A stretch of DNA of 64,000 bases from Pseudomonadota bacterium (GCA_043805145.1 JAZDIK010000032.1:15485-79484); one strand, 5' to 3'; shown: positions 1-9,412, counted from the stretch's first letter. Translations and numbers: made by a program. The notes: generated by a model not told the origin, from the sequence alone.

Positions 1-1024
1 TCAAAAAAATCTGCGGCCACTGGGTCTGATCACGAAAAAATACCTTGATTTCCTTGACCGCAAAAGCCCGGGCCGGACCAGAGAGAAAATGTAGCAGCCA
101 TGCGGTGCTTTTGCTGCGCTTACTACGCCCGGGGAGCAGTCGCTCTGAAGTGGTCTGGGCTTTGGAAAACCCTGTAAAATAAGCCGTGCCGGCAATCCAG
201 GTCATGACGAAAACAAGAGTCGCAGCAAAACTCCAGGCAAGGGCAATACCTAAGAGGGCCGTCCGATAAGATCCGGAAAGTGCGGCGCGAATACTGTCAA
301 AAATCCAGGTCGTGGCGAGCCAGGGCGCCCCCCCCGTTTCCAGAGATCGGAAATATTGCAGGACCGAGGAAAAGGCGTCCGGATTCGTCAGTTGCTCGGG
401 CCTCATGAGTCTGAACGCAAACAGCAGAATGACAAACAGAAGAAGGCTTAAGAAAATGAGAATGGTGCGGATACGTCCAGCCGGGAGAATCAGGGCGATG
501 AGCACCACCATGATGGCGCTCAGAGATGAGGCAATCAGGCACATGGGGAGGATAGTCAGCCCCACGGTGAGATAGAAGAAGGGACCCGCCTGGAAAACGA
601 TCCCGTAGGAAAGAAAGACAGGCAGACTATAAACGATCACCATCCAGGAGCTGTCCACAGTGCTCTCGATCCATCGGGCCAGGAAGATTTTTGATACCGA
701 AACCGGCATCGCGTGAACAAGGGTCAGGTCCCGGCTCAGATAGAGTTTGGACAGCAACGTGATAACGCCGCTGAACACGAGCAGTGTGAAAAAAGTGATC
801 AGAACCATGGAGAGCAGTTTGTGGGCAAGGATATCGCCAAAACTTTCAACCGCCTGAAAATAGGTCAGAACCCTGAAGAAAACGATAAAAATGCCGATCC
901 AGAACAACAGGCCGACAGCGCCGAACAGAAGCCAGCGTACGGTCCGGGATTCCGAATCCCGCGAAAGCTCTCCGTTCTTATAGGACCAAAAACGGGGTTT
1001 TAACAGGCTTATGACATCATGCAT
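1..1024 (-). CDS. ABC exporter permease, polytopic membrane protein (partial; C-terminus lies beyond the left edge)
   Basis: My own minus-strand translation starts at the ATG at 1024-1022, 8 nt after the ATPase stop, and stays open to position 1 (341 codons). It is absent from the ORF track because it has no in-window stop. It begins MHDVISLLKPRFW and has several long hydrophobic stretches (LLFGAVGLLFWIGIFIVFF, MVLITFFTLLVFSGVITLL, IMVVLIALILP). It sits directly downstream of an ABC ATPase. Confidence 0.7.
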   Translation of the reverse strand, partial: MHDVISLLKPRFWSYKNGELSRDSESRTVRWLLFGAVGLLFWIGIFIVFFRVLTYFQAVESFGDILAHKLLSMVLITFFTLLVFSGVITLLSKLYLSRDLTLVHAMPVSVSKIFLARWIESTVDSSWMVIVYSLPVFLSYGIVFQAGPFFYLTVGLTILPMCLIASSLSAIMVVLIALILPAGRIRTILIFLSLLLFVILLFAFRLMRPEQLTNPDAFSSVLQYFRSLETGGAPWLATTWIFDSIRAALSGSYRTALLGIALAWSFAATLVFVMTWIAGTAYFTGFSKAQTTSERLLPGRSKRSKSTAWLLHFLSGPARAFAVKEIKVFFRDQTQWPQIFL

Positions 1025-1032
1025 GATCTATT

Positions 1033-1755
1033 TTATTCTTCCGTCAGCCTGAGAAAGACGGCTTCCAGGTCGGCATCCTGAAACCGGGCCGCTCGTTTGA
1101 GTTCCTTCGTCGTTCCGAGGGCGATCAGTGATCCCCTGTGAATGATGCCGATCCGGTCGCAGAGATCCTCGGCAACCTTGAGTGTATGGGTGGACATAAA
1201 CACGGTTGTTCCGCGTCGCGCAAGATTTTTCAGGATATCCTTGACCATTTTAATAGCCGCCGGATCGAGACCGACCATCGGTTCATCCACGATCAGCACC
1301 AGGGGTTCATGGAGCAGCGCCGCGGAAATAATCAGGCGCTGTTTCATGCCGTGCGAATAGGCCTCAATCAGATCGTGTGACCATTCAAAAAGACCGAATT
1401 GCCTGAGAAGCTCCTGTGCTTTTTCCACAAAAATACCGTCGTTGACGCCGTACAGATCGGCGGAAAAGCGCATAAATTCCATTCCGGTCAGTTTTTCGTA
1501 GAGGTAGGGCCTGTCCGGAATGAAGCCGATCCGCTTCTTTGCCTCTTGAGGATGATCGGCCATGGAAATCCCGTCGAGGGTGATGGTGCCGGCCGTAGGC
1601 GCCAGAATGCCACCCATCATGCGGATGGTCGTGGTCTTTCCGGCGCCGTTGGGTCCGATAAAACCGAAGATTTCCCCGCGCTGCAGGGATAGGTTCAGGC
1701 GATCAACGGCCAGCGTCTTACCATAGCGTTTTGAAAGGTCTTTAAGTTCGATCAT
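1033..1755 (-). CDS. ABC transporter ATP-binding protein
   Basis: 240 aa. Walker A GPNGAGKTT, signature-like SHGMKQRL, Walker B LVLIVDEP, H-loop STHT. Its start overlaps the stop of the upstream gene by 4 nt (1752-1755). Confidence 0.9.
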   Translation of the reverse strand: MIELKDLSKRYGKTLAVDRLNLSLQRGEIFGFIGPNGAGKTTTIRMMGGILAPTAGTITLDGISMADHPQEAKKRIGFIPDRPYLYEKLTGMEFMRFSADLYGVNDGIFVEKAQELLRQFGLFEWSHDLIEAYSHGMKQRLIISAALLHEPLVLIVDEPMVGLDPAAIKMVKDILKNLARRGTTVFMSTHTLKVAEDLCDRIGIIHRGSLIALGTTKELKRAARFQDADLEAVFLRLTEE

Positions 1756-3287
1756 GGTTTTGTTTCCAATATCTCCAGTTTCAATTTTCCGATGACCCCC
1801 ATCAGATCGATCTGACGGTCAGCGCCGCCGCGCACAAGCCGGATATGCGTGACGTCCGCCGGAATTTTTCCCAGCGTTGCATCGGCCGTGATCCACTCCC
1901 CTAAGTAAAGGACATTCCAGGCATGATAGTAGAAACGTCCCCGCTGATATACGAGACCCGCCTCCACCTGAGCGGGAATTCCGGCCGCCCTGGCCATCGC
2001 CGCCAGCAGAACAGCGTGCTCGTTGCAGTCGCCCATGCGGTTTTCAAGAGTCTCCGTCGCGTTCGGAACAGTGAGCACCGGTCTTTTTTCAATGTACTTA
2101 TAGAGCCAGTCCACTATTTTTTTCGCTTTGGCGGCGTCGCTATCCCGCGGGGAAATGACATGATTGACCTGCTTGACAATGAGCGGATCATCGGACTGAA
2201 TAAAGGGCGATGGCCGGAGGAATTTGGTTATTTCCCCGGAATGTTCCCTTTTTGCATCGGCCGTCGGCCAAGGCTCCTTTTCAATCGTTAACAGGTTGTT
2301 TTTTAAATGCTGCCGTCCGCCTTTCAGGAACAGCGGCTTTGTATCGATATTCGTCAGTCTGATCGTGATTTCTGTCAACAGATCTATGTCATCGATCGTA
2401 ACATTCGCAGGAATGGAAGCGACTTCCGTAAGATCGGCGCTGGCCAAAATGGTCAGGCCGTCGAGCGCTTCTTCCTTCGTCACGCGCTCCAGCGTCATAC
2501 CGAGCAGACCTTGCTCCCTCAGAACATCGCCCTCCTCACCCAGCCAGGCGAACTGCTGGGCGCCCATAAAATCAACATCCAGTTTCAGGGCCTTCCTCTC
2601 ACGCCCCATGACGGTCACAGCTTCTTCTCCGAAAACCTTCAAACGGACCGGCCGCTGCCCCATGGAAGCCGGATCAAAAACATAAATCACGATTTCATCT
2701 CCTGTTTTGAGGGTTTTCCCCCTGAGGGCATCAAACATGCTGTTGGAAAGATGCGGCTTTTCCTGAAGCGGCAGAACCATTTTCTTTGGTGCCGTCGGTG
2801 TGCCATAGTGGATGGTGGCTTCTTTATCTTTGATAACCCCGCGCACCATGAAATGAAACAGATGTGACTGGAGATCGAAGTTGAAGGCGGCAAGGGTCAT
2901 ATCCGCATGCAAATCGCTTTGCGTCTTCATACGCATATCCTGAACGACCCCCATGGTATTGATCCGCATCAGGACCGACTCTTCGAGATGATAGCCTTCT
3001 TCTGTCGTCGTCATGGTCCGGTGTGCATAGCCGATTTTTCGTTTCGCCTGCATGATGGCCATCCAGTGGTCATCGCTCCGGATGGGCTTTACCACAGGCG
3101 TTGTCCGCCACGGAAGCATCTGATCGGTCCTCGAAAAGACACCGAGACGGATGGCCAGCAGGACGGCAAAAAGCAAAAGAAATCCCCCCCCGGCAATCCA
3201 GTGCCACTGTATTTTACCTTGTTTCACGAAAGATGACCTTTTTCTTAAATTTGTCATAATTATATGAATAGCAGAGCGACATGTCAA
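1752..3287 (-). CDS. Membrane-anchored transglutaminase-like (papain-fold Cys-His-Asp) protein
   Basis: 511 aa. One N-terminal hydrophobic anchor (IAGGGFLLLFAVLLAIRLGVF). C-terminal core GDCNEHAVLLAAMARAAGIPA...YYHAWN is typical of the transglutaminase-like superfamily. The exact start is uncertain (M1 or M11). Confidence 0.75.
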   Translation of the reverse strand: MTCRSAIHIIMTNLRKRSSFVKQGKIQWHWIAGGGFLLLFAVLLAIRLGVFSRTDQMLPWRTTPVVKPIRSDDHWMAIMQAKRKIGYAHRTMTTTEEGYHLEESVLMRINTMGVVQDMRMKTQSDLHADMTLAAFNFDLQSHLFHFMVRGVIKDKEATIHYGTPTAPKKMVLPLQEKPHLSNSMFDALRGKTLKTGDEIVIYVFDPASMGQRPVRLKVFGEEAVTVMGRERKALKLDVDFMGAQQFAWLGEEGDVLREQGLLGMTLERVTKEEALDGLTILASADLTEVASIPANVTIDDIDLLTEITIRLTNIDTKPLFLKGGRQHLKNNLLTIEKEPWPTADAKREHSGEITKFLRPSPFIQSDDPLIVKQVNHVISPRDSDAAKAKKIVDWLYKYIEKRPVLTVPNATETLENRMGDCNEHAVLLAAMARAAGIPAQVEAGLVYQRGRFYYHAWNVLYLGEWITADATLGKIPADVTHIRLVRGGADRQIDLMGVIGKLKLEILETKP

Positions 3288-3459
3288 TCAGAGCACCGGA
3301 ATAAATTCAAATACTATCTTGTCAGAGATTTTGATTTCTGATAGCCTTCGCCTATCTCGTCCTGTGAGAATATTATAAAAAGAAGCGGCATCATTCCGGA
3401 CGATGTGATCCGGAGCCCCCAGCGCATCAAAAGGACAAGGATGAAAGAGACGATTAAAA

Positions 3460-4449
3460 ATGGCAGAAAACCCATCCATTAGGCGAGCCCGCGAGGTCCT
3501 GAAAATTGAAGCGGAAAGCATTCTGCAACTAATCGACAGGATTGATGATCGTTTCGTAAAAGCCGTGAACATTATTTATAAATCAAAGGGACGGGTCATC
3601 GTCACCGGCATCGGCAAGTCCGGACTGATCGGCAAGAAAATCGTCGCCACCCTGACAAGTACGGGCACACAGGCGATTTTCATGCATCCCGTGGAAGGCA
3701 TGCACGGCGATCTTGGCATTGTTACGAAAGACGACGTCATGCTGGCCATTTCCAACAGCGGCGAGACCCATGAATTGAACATGATCATCAACAGTGTGCG
3801 TGAGATCGGCGCACCGCTGATTGCCTTTACCGGCCAGTTATCGTCATCGCTGGCCCTGGCCAGCGATGTGGTCATTGACGTGGGCGTCGAAAAGGAGGCC
3901 TGTCCTTTCGGGCTGGCCCCCACATCCAGTACGACAGCGGCCTTAGCCATGGGCGACGCACTGGCAGTGGCCCTCATTGAACGGAAGAGTTTCAAGGAAA
4001 CGGACTTCTATAAATTTCATCCAGGCGGGAGCCTAGGCCTGCGACTGCGTGCAAAAGTCAAGGATGTCATGATTCAGGGCGATCAAGTTCCAAAGGTTAT
4101 TTCAGGCGTGCCCCTCGCCGCGGCGATCGGTGAAATGGACAGAAAAAACAGGGGCTTCGTGCTGATAACGAATCCGGACAATCATTTGCTTGGCATTTTC
4201 ACGGATGGAGACCTGCGTCGCCTGATCCACCGGGGCGAAGATTTCGGGAATCGTGCTATTGATGAATTCATGACGCGCTCCCCGAAAACGATCGACGAAG
4301 ATACCTCCGTTGCACGGACAATCGAAACCATGCAGCAGCAGGAAATTACGACCTTGGCTGTCGTTAATGAAAACAAACAGTTGAAAGGTCACGTTCACCT
4401 GCATGACATCCTCGGAAGAGGAGGCACGCTTAAAATATCAATATCTTAG
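3460..4449 (+). CDS. kdsD: Arabinose-5-phosphate isomerase (KpsF/GutQ/KdsD family)
   Basis: 329 aa. SIS domain (VIVTGIGKSGLIGKKIVATL, ISNSGET) followed by a tandem CBS-like C-terminal region, which is the family architecture. Confidence 0.85.
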   Translation: MAENPSIRRAREVLKIEAESILQLIDRIDDRFVKAVNIIYKSKGRVIVTGIGKSGLIGKKIVATLTSTGTQAIFMHPVEGMHGDLGIVTKDDVMLAISNSGETHELNMIINSVREIGAPLIAFTGQLSSSLALASDVVIDVGVEKEACPFGLAPTSSTTAALAMGDALAVALIERKSFKETDFYKFHPGGSLGLRLRAKVKDVMIQGDQVPKVISGVPLAAAIGEMDRKNRGFVLITNPDNHLLGIFTDGDLRRLIHRGEDFGNRAIDEFMTRSPKTIDEDTSVARTIETMQQQEITTLAVVNENKQLKGHVHLHDILGRGGTLKISIS

Positions 4450-4498
4450 ATCAAGCAATAACCCTCTACGGCCCCCGACACAAGCATGGCGGCCCGCA

Positions 4499-4650
4499 TC
4501 ATCCTTTTCTGCTGTCCGTTATCGTCGCCTTGATCTTCCGTTTTAGGATCTTGCCGACGCTGCTCGTGGAGAGCTGCTCCTGAATTCGATCAATTTCGGA
4601 ATCTTGTAGGGTTCCACCGCTTCCTTACAGATATTGAACGATAGTGAAAT
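4499..4650 (-). pseudogene. Remnant C-terminus of an AMP-dependent acyl-CoA synthetase/ligase (5-prime truncated, frameshifted)
   Basis: The minus strand reads ...FNICKEAVEPYKIPKLIEF in one frame. After an apparent 1-nt deletion near 4580 it continues EQLSTSSVGKILKRKIKATITDSRKG-stop (stop at 4501-4499). The pattern YK(I/V)PK.IEF...SGKI.RR.L is the conserved C-terminal motif of adenylate-forming ligases. There is no long ORF upstream. Confidence 0.6.
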
Positions 4651-4774
4651 CCTAAAAAGACAAGAACCGTACACTTTCAAGACCGCTGGTGAATGGATTG
4701 AAGCCGATATAACGCCTATGGTTTATGGGCTGACACAATCGTCGAAATTTGTTAGGCGATGGATGACAAGCAGA

Positions 4775-5758
4775 TCAATATAGCGCGACTTTCTTTATTC
4801 CCGGTTTGTCCTTGAGCGCCTGATAGACAACACAGGCACAGGATACATCCTGAATCGCCAGACCTGTAGAATCAAACAGTGTAATTTCGTCATCCGCAGC
4901 CCTTCCCGTTTCCGTTCCCGCGACAACGTCTCCCAGACTCGCGTGAATATCCTTTTCTGTGATTTGCTTTCTGCTGAGCGGCACATTGATTTCGCCGCTG
5001 TGCAAGGCCTGGGCCCAGTCATCAATGACGATTCTGGCCTGTTTGAGAATCTTCGGATCGATTTCCTGTTTCCCCTGCGCATCGGCGCCGATGGCGTTGA
5101 TATGCGTGCCTGGCGAGACGTTCTGCACCAGTGCCTTTCGGGAAGGTGTCGTGGTAATAAGAATATCGACGTCTGTTGTGACTGCATCGATATCGGTGGA
5201 AATGATCGTTTCCAGTTTATATGTTTTTTCCGCCCATTTCTTGAATGCCGGCGCATACCGGTCCTGAGCGTTGAATTGCCAGACTTTTACTGTTTTCAAT
5301 TTGCGCACCTCCCGAACACACATCAATTGTGCGCGAGCCTGAACACCGCTGCCGACAAATCCGACAATCCCGGCATTTTTTCTGCTCAAATACTTTGCCG
5401 CGACGGCTCCGGCAGCACCCGTCCGGATCCCGGTCAAATATGTACCGTCCATAATCGCCAAGGGGAACCCTGTTTTCGGTTCAGTCAGGATGATGACCGC
5501 CATGACAGTGGGGAGGCCGTATCCGGCATTTTCCGGGTGCACGGTCACGCTTTTGATGCCCGCGATGTCAAAGCCCTGGCCATGAATATAGGCCGGCATG
5601 GAACGCAAGTCCCCCTTTTCAAAAAAGAGATAGCTTTTTGCGGGCATATCCGCCTCTCCCAGGCCATAGGCTTTGAATGCCTTTTCGACGGTTTCGTTGG
5701 CTATCGAAGGCCTTAACACTTTTTCGATCTCCTTTTTTGTGATGATCAGTGTTTTCAT
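4775..5758 (-). CDS. Ornithine cyclodeaminase / mu-crystallin family protein (could be archaeal-type alanine dehydrogenase)
   Basis: 327 aa, family-typical length. Rossmann segment IVGFVGSGVQARAQL. Overall similarity by eye to the OCD/mu-crystallin family. Confidence 0.7.
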   Translation of the reverse strand: MKTLIITKKEIEKVLRPSIANETVEKAFKAYGLGEADMPAKSYLFFEKGDLRSMPAYIHGQGFDIAGIKSVTVHPENAGYGLPTVMAVIILTEPKTGFPLAIMDGTYLTGIRTGAAGAVAAKYLSRKNAGIVGFVGSGVQARAQLMCVREVRKLKTVKVWQFNAQDRYAPAFKKWAEKTYKLETIISTDIDAVTTDVDILITTTPSRKALVQNVSPGTHINAIGADAQGKQEIDPKILKQARIVIDDWAQALHSGEINVPLSRKQITEKDIHASLGDVVAGTETGRAADDEITLFDSTGLAIQDVSCACVVYQALKDKPGIKKVALY

Positions 5759-5914
5759 GCATTCACCCCCGGCAAGCTTTTATGCAAGAGCATCGATGAC
5801 ATGGGAAAAAATATGCTATGATATAAAAAGAGAAATCAATGGATATTAAAATTCTTGACGATCCGGGCACCATCATATATCAAGCAATTGGTTCCGACGG
5901 CGGTTAAAAAGATT

Positions 5915-5953
5915 ACAAAACAAGAAAAGGGGCGCGTTGTCAAACGCAACCCC
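5915..5953 (-). terminator. Rho-independent terminator downstream of tRNA-Val
   Basis: The minus strand reads GGGGTTGCGTTTGACAACGCGCCCC followed by TTTTCTTGTTTTG. Confidence 0.6.
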
Positions 5954-5963
5954 TCGTTGCGAT

Positions 5964-6038
5964 TGGTAGGCGGTACTGGGATTGAACCAGTGACTTCTAC
6001 CGTGTGAAGGTAGCACTCTCCCGCTGAGTTAACCGCCC
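5964..6038 (-). tRNA. tRNA-Val (anticodon CAC), CCA encoded
   Basis: Hand-folded cloverleaf. Acceptor GGGCGGT/ACCGCCT, anticodon stem CTACC/GGTAG with loop TTCACAC, T-arm ACTGG-TTCAATC-CCAGT, 75 nt. Confidence 0.9.
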
Positions 6039-6049
6039 GAACTGGGAGA

Positions 6050-6078
6050 GCTATATCTGAAAGAATCGTTCTTATCAA
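6050..6078 (-). promoter_or_regulatory. Candidate sigma70-type promoter for tRNA-Val
   Basis: Minus strand TTGATA, 17-nt spacer, TATAGC, ending about 11 nt before the tRNA 5-prime end. Confidence 0.45.
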
Positions 6079-6110
6079 GAAAAAAATGTGAGCTTGGGGA
6101 GGTCCGGCGC

Positions 6111-8162
6111 ATGCAAAACATGTTTTACCCGAAAAGCGTGATGGTCTGCGGCGTATCCGACTCGCCGGATAATCTGGGTCGAAACATCATTGAAAATCTT
6201 GATCGTTTCAGTTTTTCGGGATCCGTTTACCTGGTCAGTCGCGAAGGAGGTGAGCTTAACGGTAGGAAGATTCATAAACACATCGAAAACATTGAAGCGG
6301 TTCCCGACCTGGCCGTGCTTCTGATTCCCGCAAAAGCCATTCCCGATGCGCTCGAGCGATGCGGCAGGAAGGGCATCTCCCGCGTCATTATCCAGTCTGG
6401 CGGATTTTCAGAATTCAACGAAGGCCGCCTGCCCCTTGAAGAAAATCTGCTGAACATCTCCCGGCGCTGGAATATCCGCTTTATGGGTCCCAACTGCATC
6501 GGCATCATCAATCTGGACAACGGGCTCGTCCTGCCTTTTTTCCCCATTCTTCCCGAGACCATGAAGAAGGGCGCTGTCTCCATCATTGCACAAAGCGGCG
6601 GGATGATCGTCGATATCATGCGCCTGCTCATCCTCGAAAATATCGGGTTCAACAAGGCCCTCAGTATCGGCAACAAACTCGACTTGAACGAATGCGATTA
6701 CCTGGAATTATTAATCTCCGACCCTGAAACCCGCTGCATTGCTGTCTATCTCGAAAATTTTTCGGACGGCAGGAGGCTCATGTCACTGGCGCAACAAACG
6801 GACAAGCCCATCGTTGTGCTCAAGGCCAACCGATCTTCATCCACACATCAGATCGCCCGATTTCATACAACGGCCCTGGCCGGCGACGATGACGTCGCCG
6901 AGGCGGCGCTCAAACAGGCCGGTGTCCACCGCGTCCGGACAATCATGGAAATGGCCGGTACCCTGAAGATATTTTCTCTGCCCCTCATGAAGGAACACAG
7001 GATAGGCGTGGTCTGCCGTTCCGGCGGGCAGGCGGTCACGTTTGCGGACGCCGTGCATCGGCACGGTTTTACACTGGCCGGTTATTCCGACCGTGTTTTT
7101 AATCATGTCCGGAAGGAAATCCGGGCCGGTGTGATCCGCATGACCAATCCCTTGGATCTCGGGGATGTCTATGACATCCGGTTTTATGAAGAAATCATCG
7201 AGAGAGTCCTTCAGGAACCGGAGGTGGACGGCGTCGTCTTCGGGCATACGTACACGAATGACGCGACTATTCCCCCGACGCAGGGGCTCATCCGGGCGAC
7301 AAGAAGACTGTCGCAGCAATATGGAAAACCGGTCGTCTTTTTTTTGGTTGCCTCTCGGGAACATTTTTTTGCCCTGAGGGAAACGCATGATTTTCCGATA
7401 TTCACCGATCCGGAACAGGCGGTGCAGGCTCTGGCCGTCTCTCAGCGACACCACGGCCATCAGTCTCTGCGCAACGCAACGCAGCCACTCCTTTCAGGCC
7501 GCATCAAACCGGACATCAAGGCACCGCTGACGCCATCATCCATGAGCCCGGAAACATCCTTCCGCCTGCTGAGATCATACGGCTTGCCCGTTGCTGACTT
7601 TTCCGTCATCACAACCATCCGGGAAGCTTGCGACGCGGCGGAACAAATAGGCTACCCGGTGGCCCTGAAAAACGCCGCTCCGGAAATCCTCCATAAGACA
7701 GAGGTTCAGGGGGTTCATCTGAACTTGAAGAATCGGCGGGCGCTTACTGCTGCTTTCCGGGCCATGAACACCGACAGGGTCCTTGTCCAGAAGATGTCGG
7801 CCCCGGGACGGGAAGTGATGATCGGCGGCCGTCAGGACCGGGAGTTCGGCCCGGTAATCCTGTTCGGATTGGGAGGCATCTTTGTGGAGGTGATCCGGGA
7901 CGTGTCCCTGCGTATCTGTCCGATCGATCCCGGGGAAGCCGGACGCATGATTGAAGACATAAAAGGATTCAGGATTTTACAGGGATTCCGGAAACAACCG
8001 CCGGCGGACCTGAAGGCCTTGAAAAACTGCTTGGTCAAGGTTTCCCGGATACTGGTCGAACATTCCGAGGTGCAAAATCTCGATATCAATCCGATGCTGG
8101 TATTCGACAAAGGACAGGGTTGCCTGGTAGTGGATGTTAAAATCCAGATTGGCGGGGATTAA
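6111..8162 (+). CDS. NDP(ADP)-forming acyl/acetyl-CoA synthetase, fused alpha-beta type
   Basis: 683 aa. N-terminal CoA-binding / succinyl-CoA-synthetase-like part (VMVCGVSDSPDNLG, IIQSGGFSE, FMGPNCIGI) fused to a C-terminal ATP-grasp-like part. GGAGG RBS upstream. Confidence 0.75.
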   Translation: MQNMFYPKSVMVCGVSDSPDNLGRNIIENLDRFSFSGSVYLVSREGGELNGRKIHKHIENIEAVPDLAVLLIPAKAIPDALERCGRKGISRVIIQSGGFSEFNEGRLPLEENLLNISRRWNIRFMGPNCIGIINLDNGLVLPFFPILPETMKKGAVSIIAQSGGMIVDIMRLLILENIGFNKALSIGNKLDLNECDYLELLISDPETRCIAVYLENFSDGRRLMSLAQQTDKPIVVLKANRSSSTHQIARFHTTALAGDDDVAEAALKQAGVHRVRTIMEMAGTLKIFSLPLMKEHRIGVVCRSGGQAVTFADAVHRHGFTLAGYSDRVFNHVRKEIRAGVIRMTNPLDLGDVYDIRFYEEIIERVLQEPEVDGVVFGHTYTNDATIPPTQGLIRATRRLSQQYGKPVVFFLVASREHFFALRETHDFPIFTDPEQAVQALAVSQRHHGHQSLRNATQPLLSGRIKPDIKAPLTPSSMSPETSFRLLRSYGLPVADFSVITTIREACDAAEQIGYPVALKNAAPEILHKTEVQGVHLNLKNRRALTAAFRAMNTDRVLVQKMSAPGREVMIGGRQDREFGPVILFGLGGIFVEVIRDVSLRICPIDPGEAGRMIEDIKGFRILQGFRKQPPADLKALKNCLVKVSRILVEHSEVQNLDINPMLVFDKGQGCLVVDVKIQIGGD

Positions 8163-8347
8163 ATCAGATTCATCCGAAAAAATATCAATTTTGTATCGGG
8201 GGAAACCGATCAACCCGACAAGCGAGAACACAATGTACCTGCCGCTCTTTACCCCGTTGGAAAGCACACGCTTACACAGGAGACATTAAACCTCATGTTC
8301 GTGAAAGCAGGAATAACACGACGAGCCGGTATTTATGAGCTACTATG

Positions 8348-9412
8348 TTATGATCTCGCTATCGTTTTAATCACGTCCAGAAAACAGTCCATTTCCGCAT
8401 CGATTCCGATGGTAACCCGGATGAAGTTATCAATTTTAGGTTTATTAAAATACCGGACAAGAATACCTTCTTCTCTCAGCCTCTGGAACAGGACACTTCC
8501 GGGGCATTGTTCACTGCTGATAAAGATGAAATTTGCCTGTGAAGGAATCACCCTAAAGCCCATTTCCTTAAGTCGAGAAGATACTCGCTCACGGCTCCTC
8601 ATAATTTTAGATCGTGTTTCCTGGAAATAAGCATCATCTTTAATTGCTTCCCGGGCACCGGCCAGGGCCAGACGATCAACCGTATACGAGTTAAATGAAT
8701 CTTTGACCCGCATGATTCCTTCAATCAACTCTTCATTGCCCAAGGCGTACCCGACACGCAATCCCGCGAGTGAATGTGATTTGGACAGGGTCTTGATAAC
8801 CAGCAAATTCGGATAATCATTAATAAACTTTACCGCAGATTGGCCGCCGAAGTCTACGTAGGCCTCATCAATGATGACCACGCTGTTTTCATTCCGCCTG
8901 AGAATCGCTTCCATCGTTTCTAAAGAAACACCTTTTCCGCTGGGGGCATTGGGATTGGCAATAATAATCCCACCGTTGTCCTGATAGTATCCTTCCTCGG
9001 GAATATTAAATTCCTCGTCCACGGGAATAAGTCTGAAGTTGGTATTAAAAAAAACGGCGTAAACGGGATAAAAACTGTAGGTTACTTCAGCGAACAGCAC
9101 GGGTTTGCTTTCCGGTTCAAAGAAAGCCGGAAAGGAAAAAGCCAATAACTCATCGGAACCATTTCCAATAAAAATATTGCTTTTTCGGAGTCGGTAATAT
9201 CCGGCAATTATTTCTCTCAGTTCCTCTCCCATCGGGTCCGGATAAAGCCGCAACGTTTCATCGGCCGCATTCTTAATTGCCTCGATCACTCGGGGAGAAG
9301 GCGGATAAGGGTTCTCATTCGTATTCAGTTTAATGTATTTTCGGTCTTTCGGTTGTTCCCCGGGGGTATAGGGTTTGACATTTTTTACCGTATTACTCCA
9401 GTATCTGCTCAC
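8348..9412 (-). CDS. hisC: Histidinol-phosphate aminotransferase
   Basis: 354 aa. N-terminal KLNTNENPYPPSP and PLP-lysine context TLSKSHSLAGLRVGY are typical of HisC. Confidence 0.8.
   Translation of the reverse strand: MSRYWSNTVKNVKPYTPGEQPKDRKYIKLNTNENPYPPSPRVIEAIKNAADETLRLYPDPMGEELREIIAGYYRLRKSNIFIGNGSDELLAFSFPAFFEPESKPVLFAEVTYSFYPVYAVFFNTNFRLIPVDEEFNIPEEGYYQDNGGIIIANPNAPSGKGVSLETMEAILRRNENSVVIIDEAYVDFGGQSAVKFINDYPNLLVIKTLSKSHSLAGLRVGYALGNEELIEGIMRVKDSFNSYTVDRLALAGAREAIKDDAYFQETRSKIMRSRERVSSRLKEMGFRVIPSQANFIFISSEQCPGSVLFQRLREEGILVRYFNKPKIDNFIRVTIGIDAEMDCFLDVIKTIARS

Noticed and set aside
328-335. C8 homopolymer tracts inside the permease gene (328-335) and inside the transglutaminase-like gene (3184-3191), considered as phase-variation switches.
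   Set aside because: My rough expectation for 8-nt G or C runs in 64 kb at about 50% GC is 2 to 3 by chance. There is no other hallmark of contingency loci, so this is not significant without population data.
312-1003. Two plus-strand track ORFs (312-575 and 713-1003) in a region where the track shows no long minus-strand ORF.
   Set aside because: The minus strand is actually open from 1024 to position 1 and encodes a polytopic permease. That ORF is omitted from the track only because it lacks an in-window stop. The plus-strand ORFs are antisense artefacts.
4943-5716. A 257-aa plus-strand ORF. The same reasoning covers similar antisense ORFs at 22360-23058, 49426-50109, 6837-7460 and 45345-45893.
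   Set aside because: Each lies inside and antisense to a gene with clear family motifs. None has a recognisable domain.
5836-6078. An 80-aa minus-strand ORF.
   Set aside because: It overlaps tRNA-Val and its terminator, so the signal is explained by the tRNA gene.
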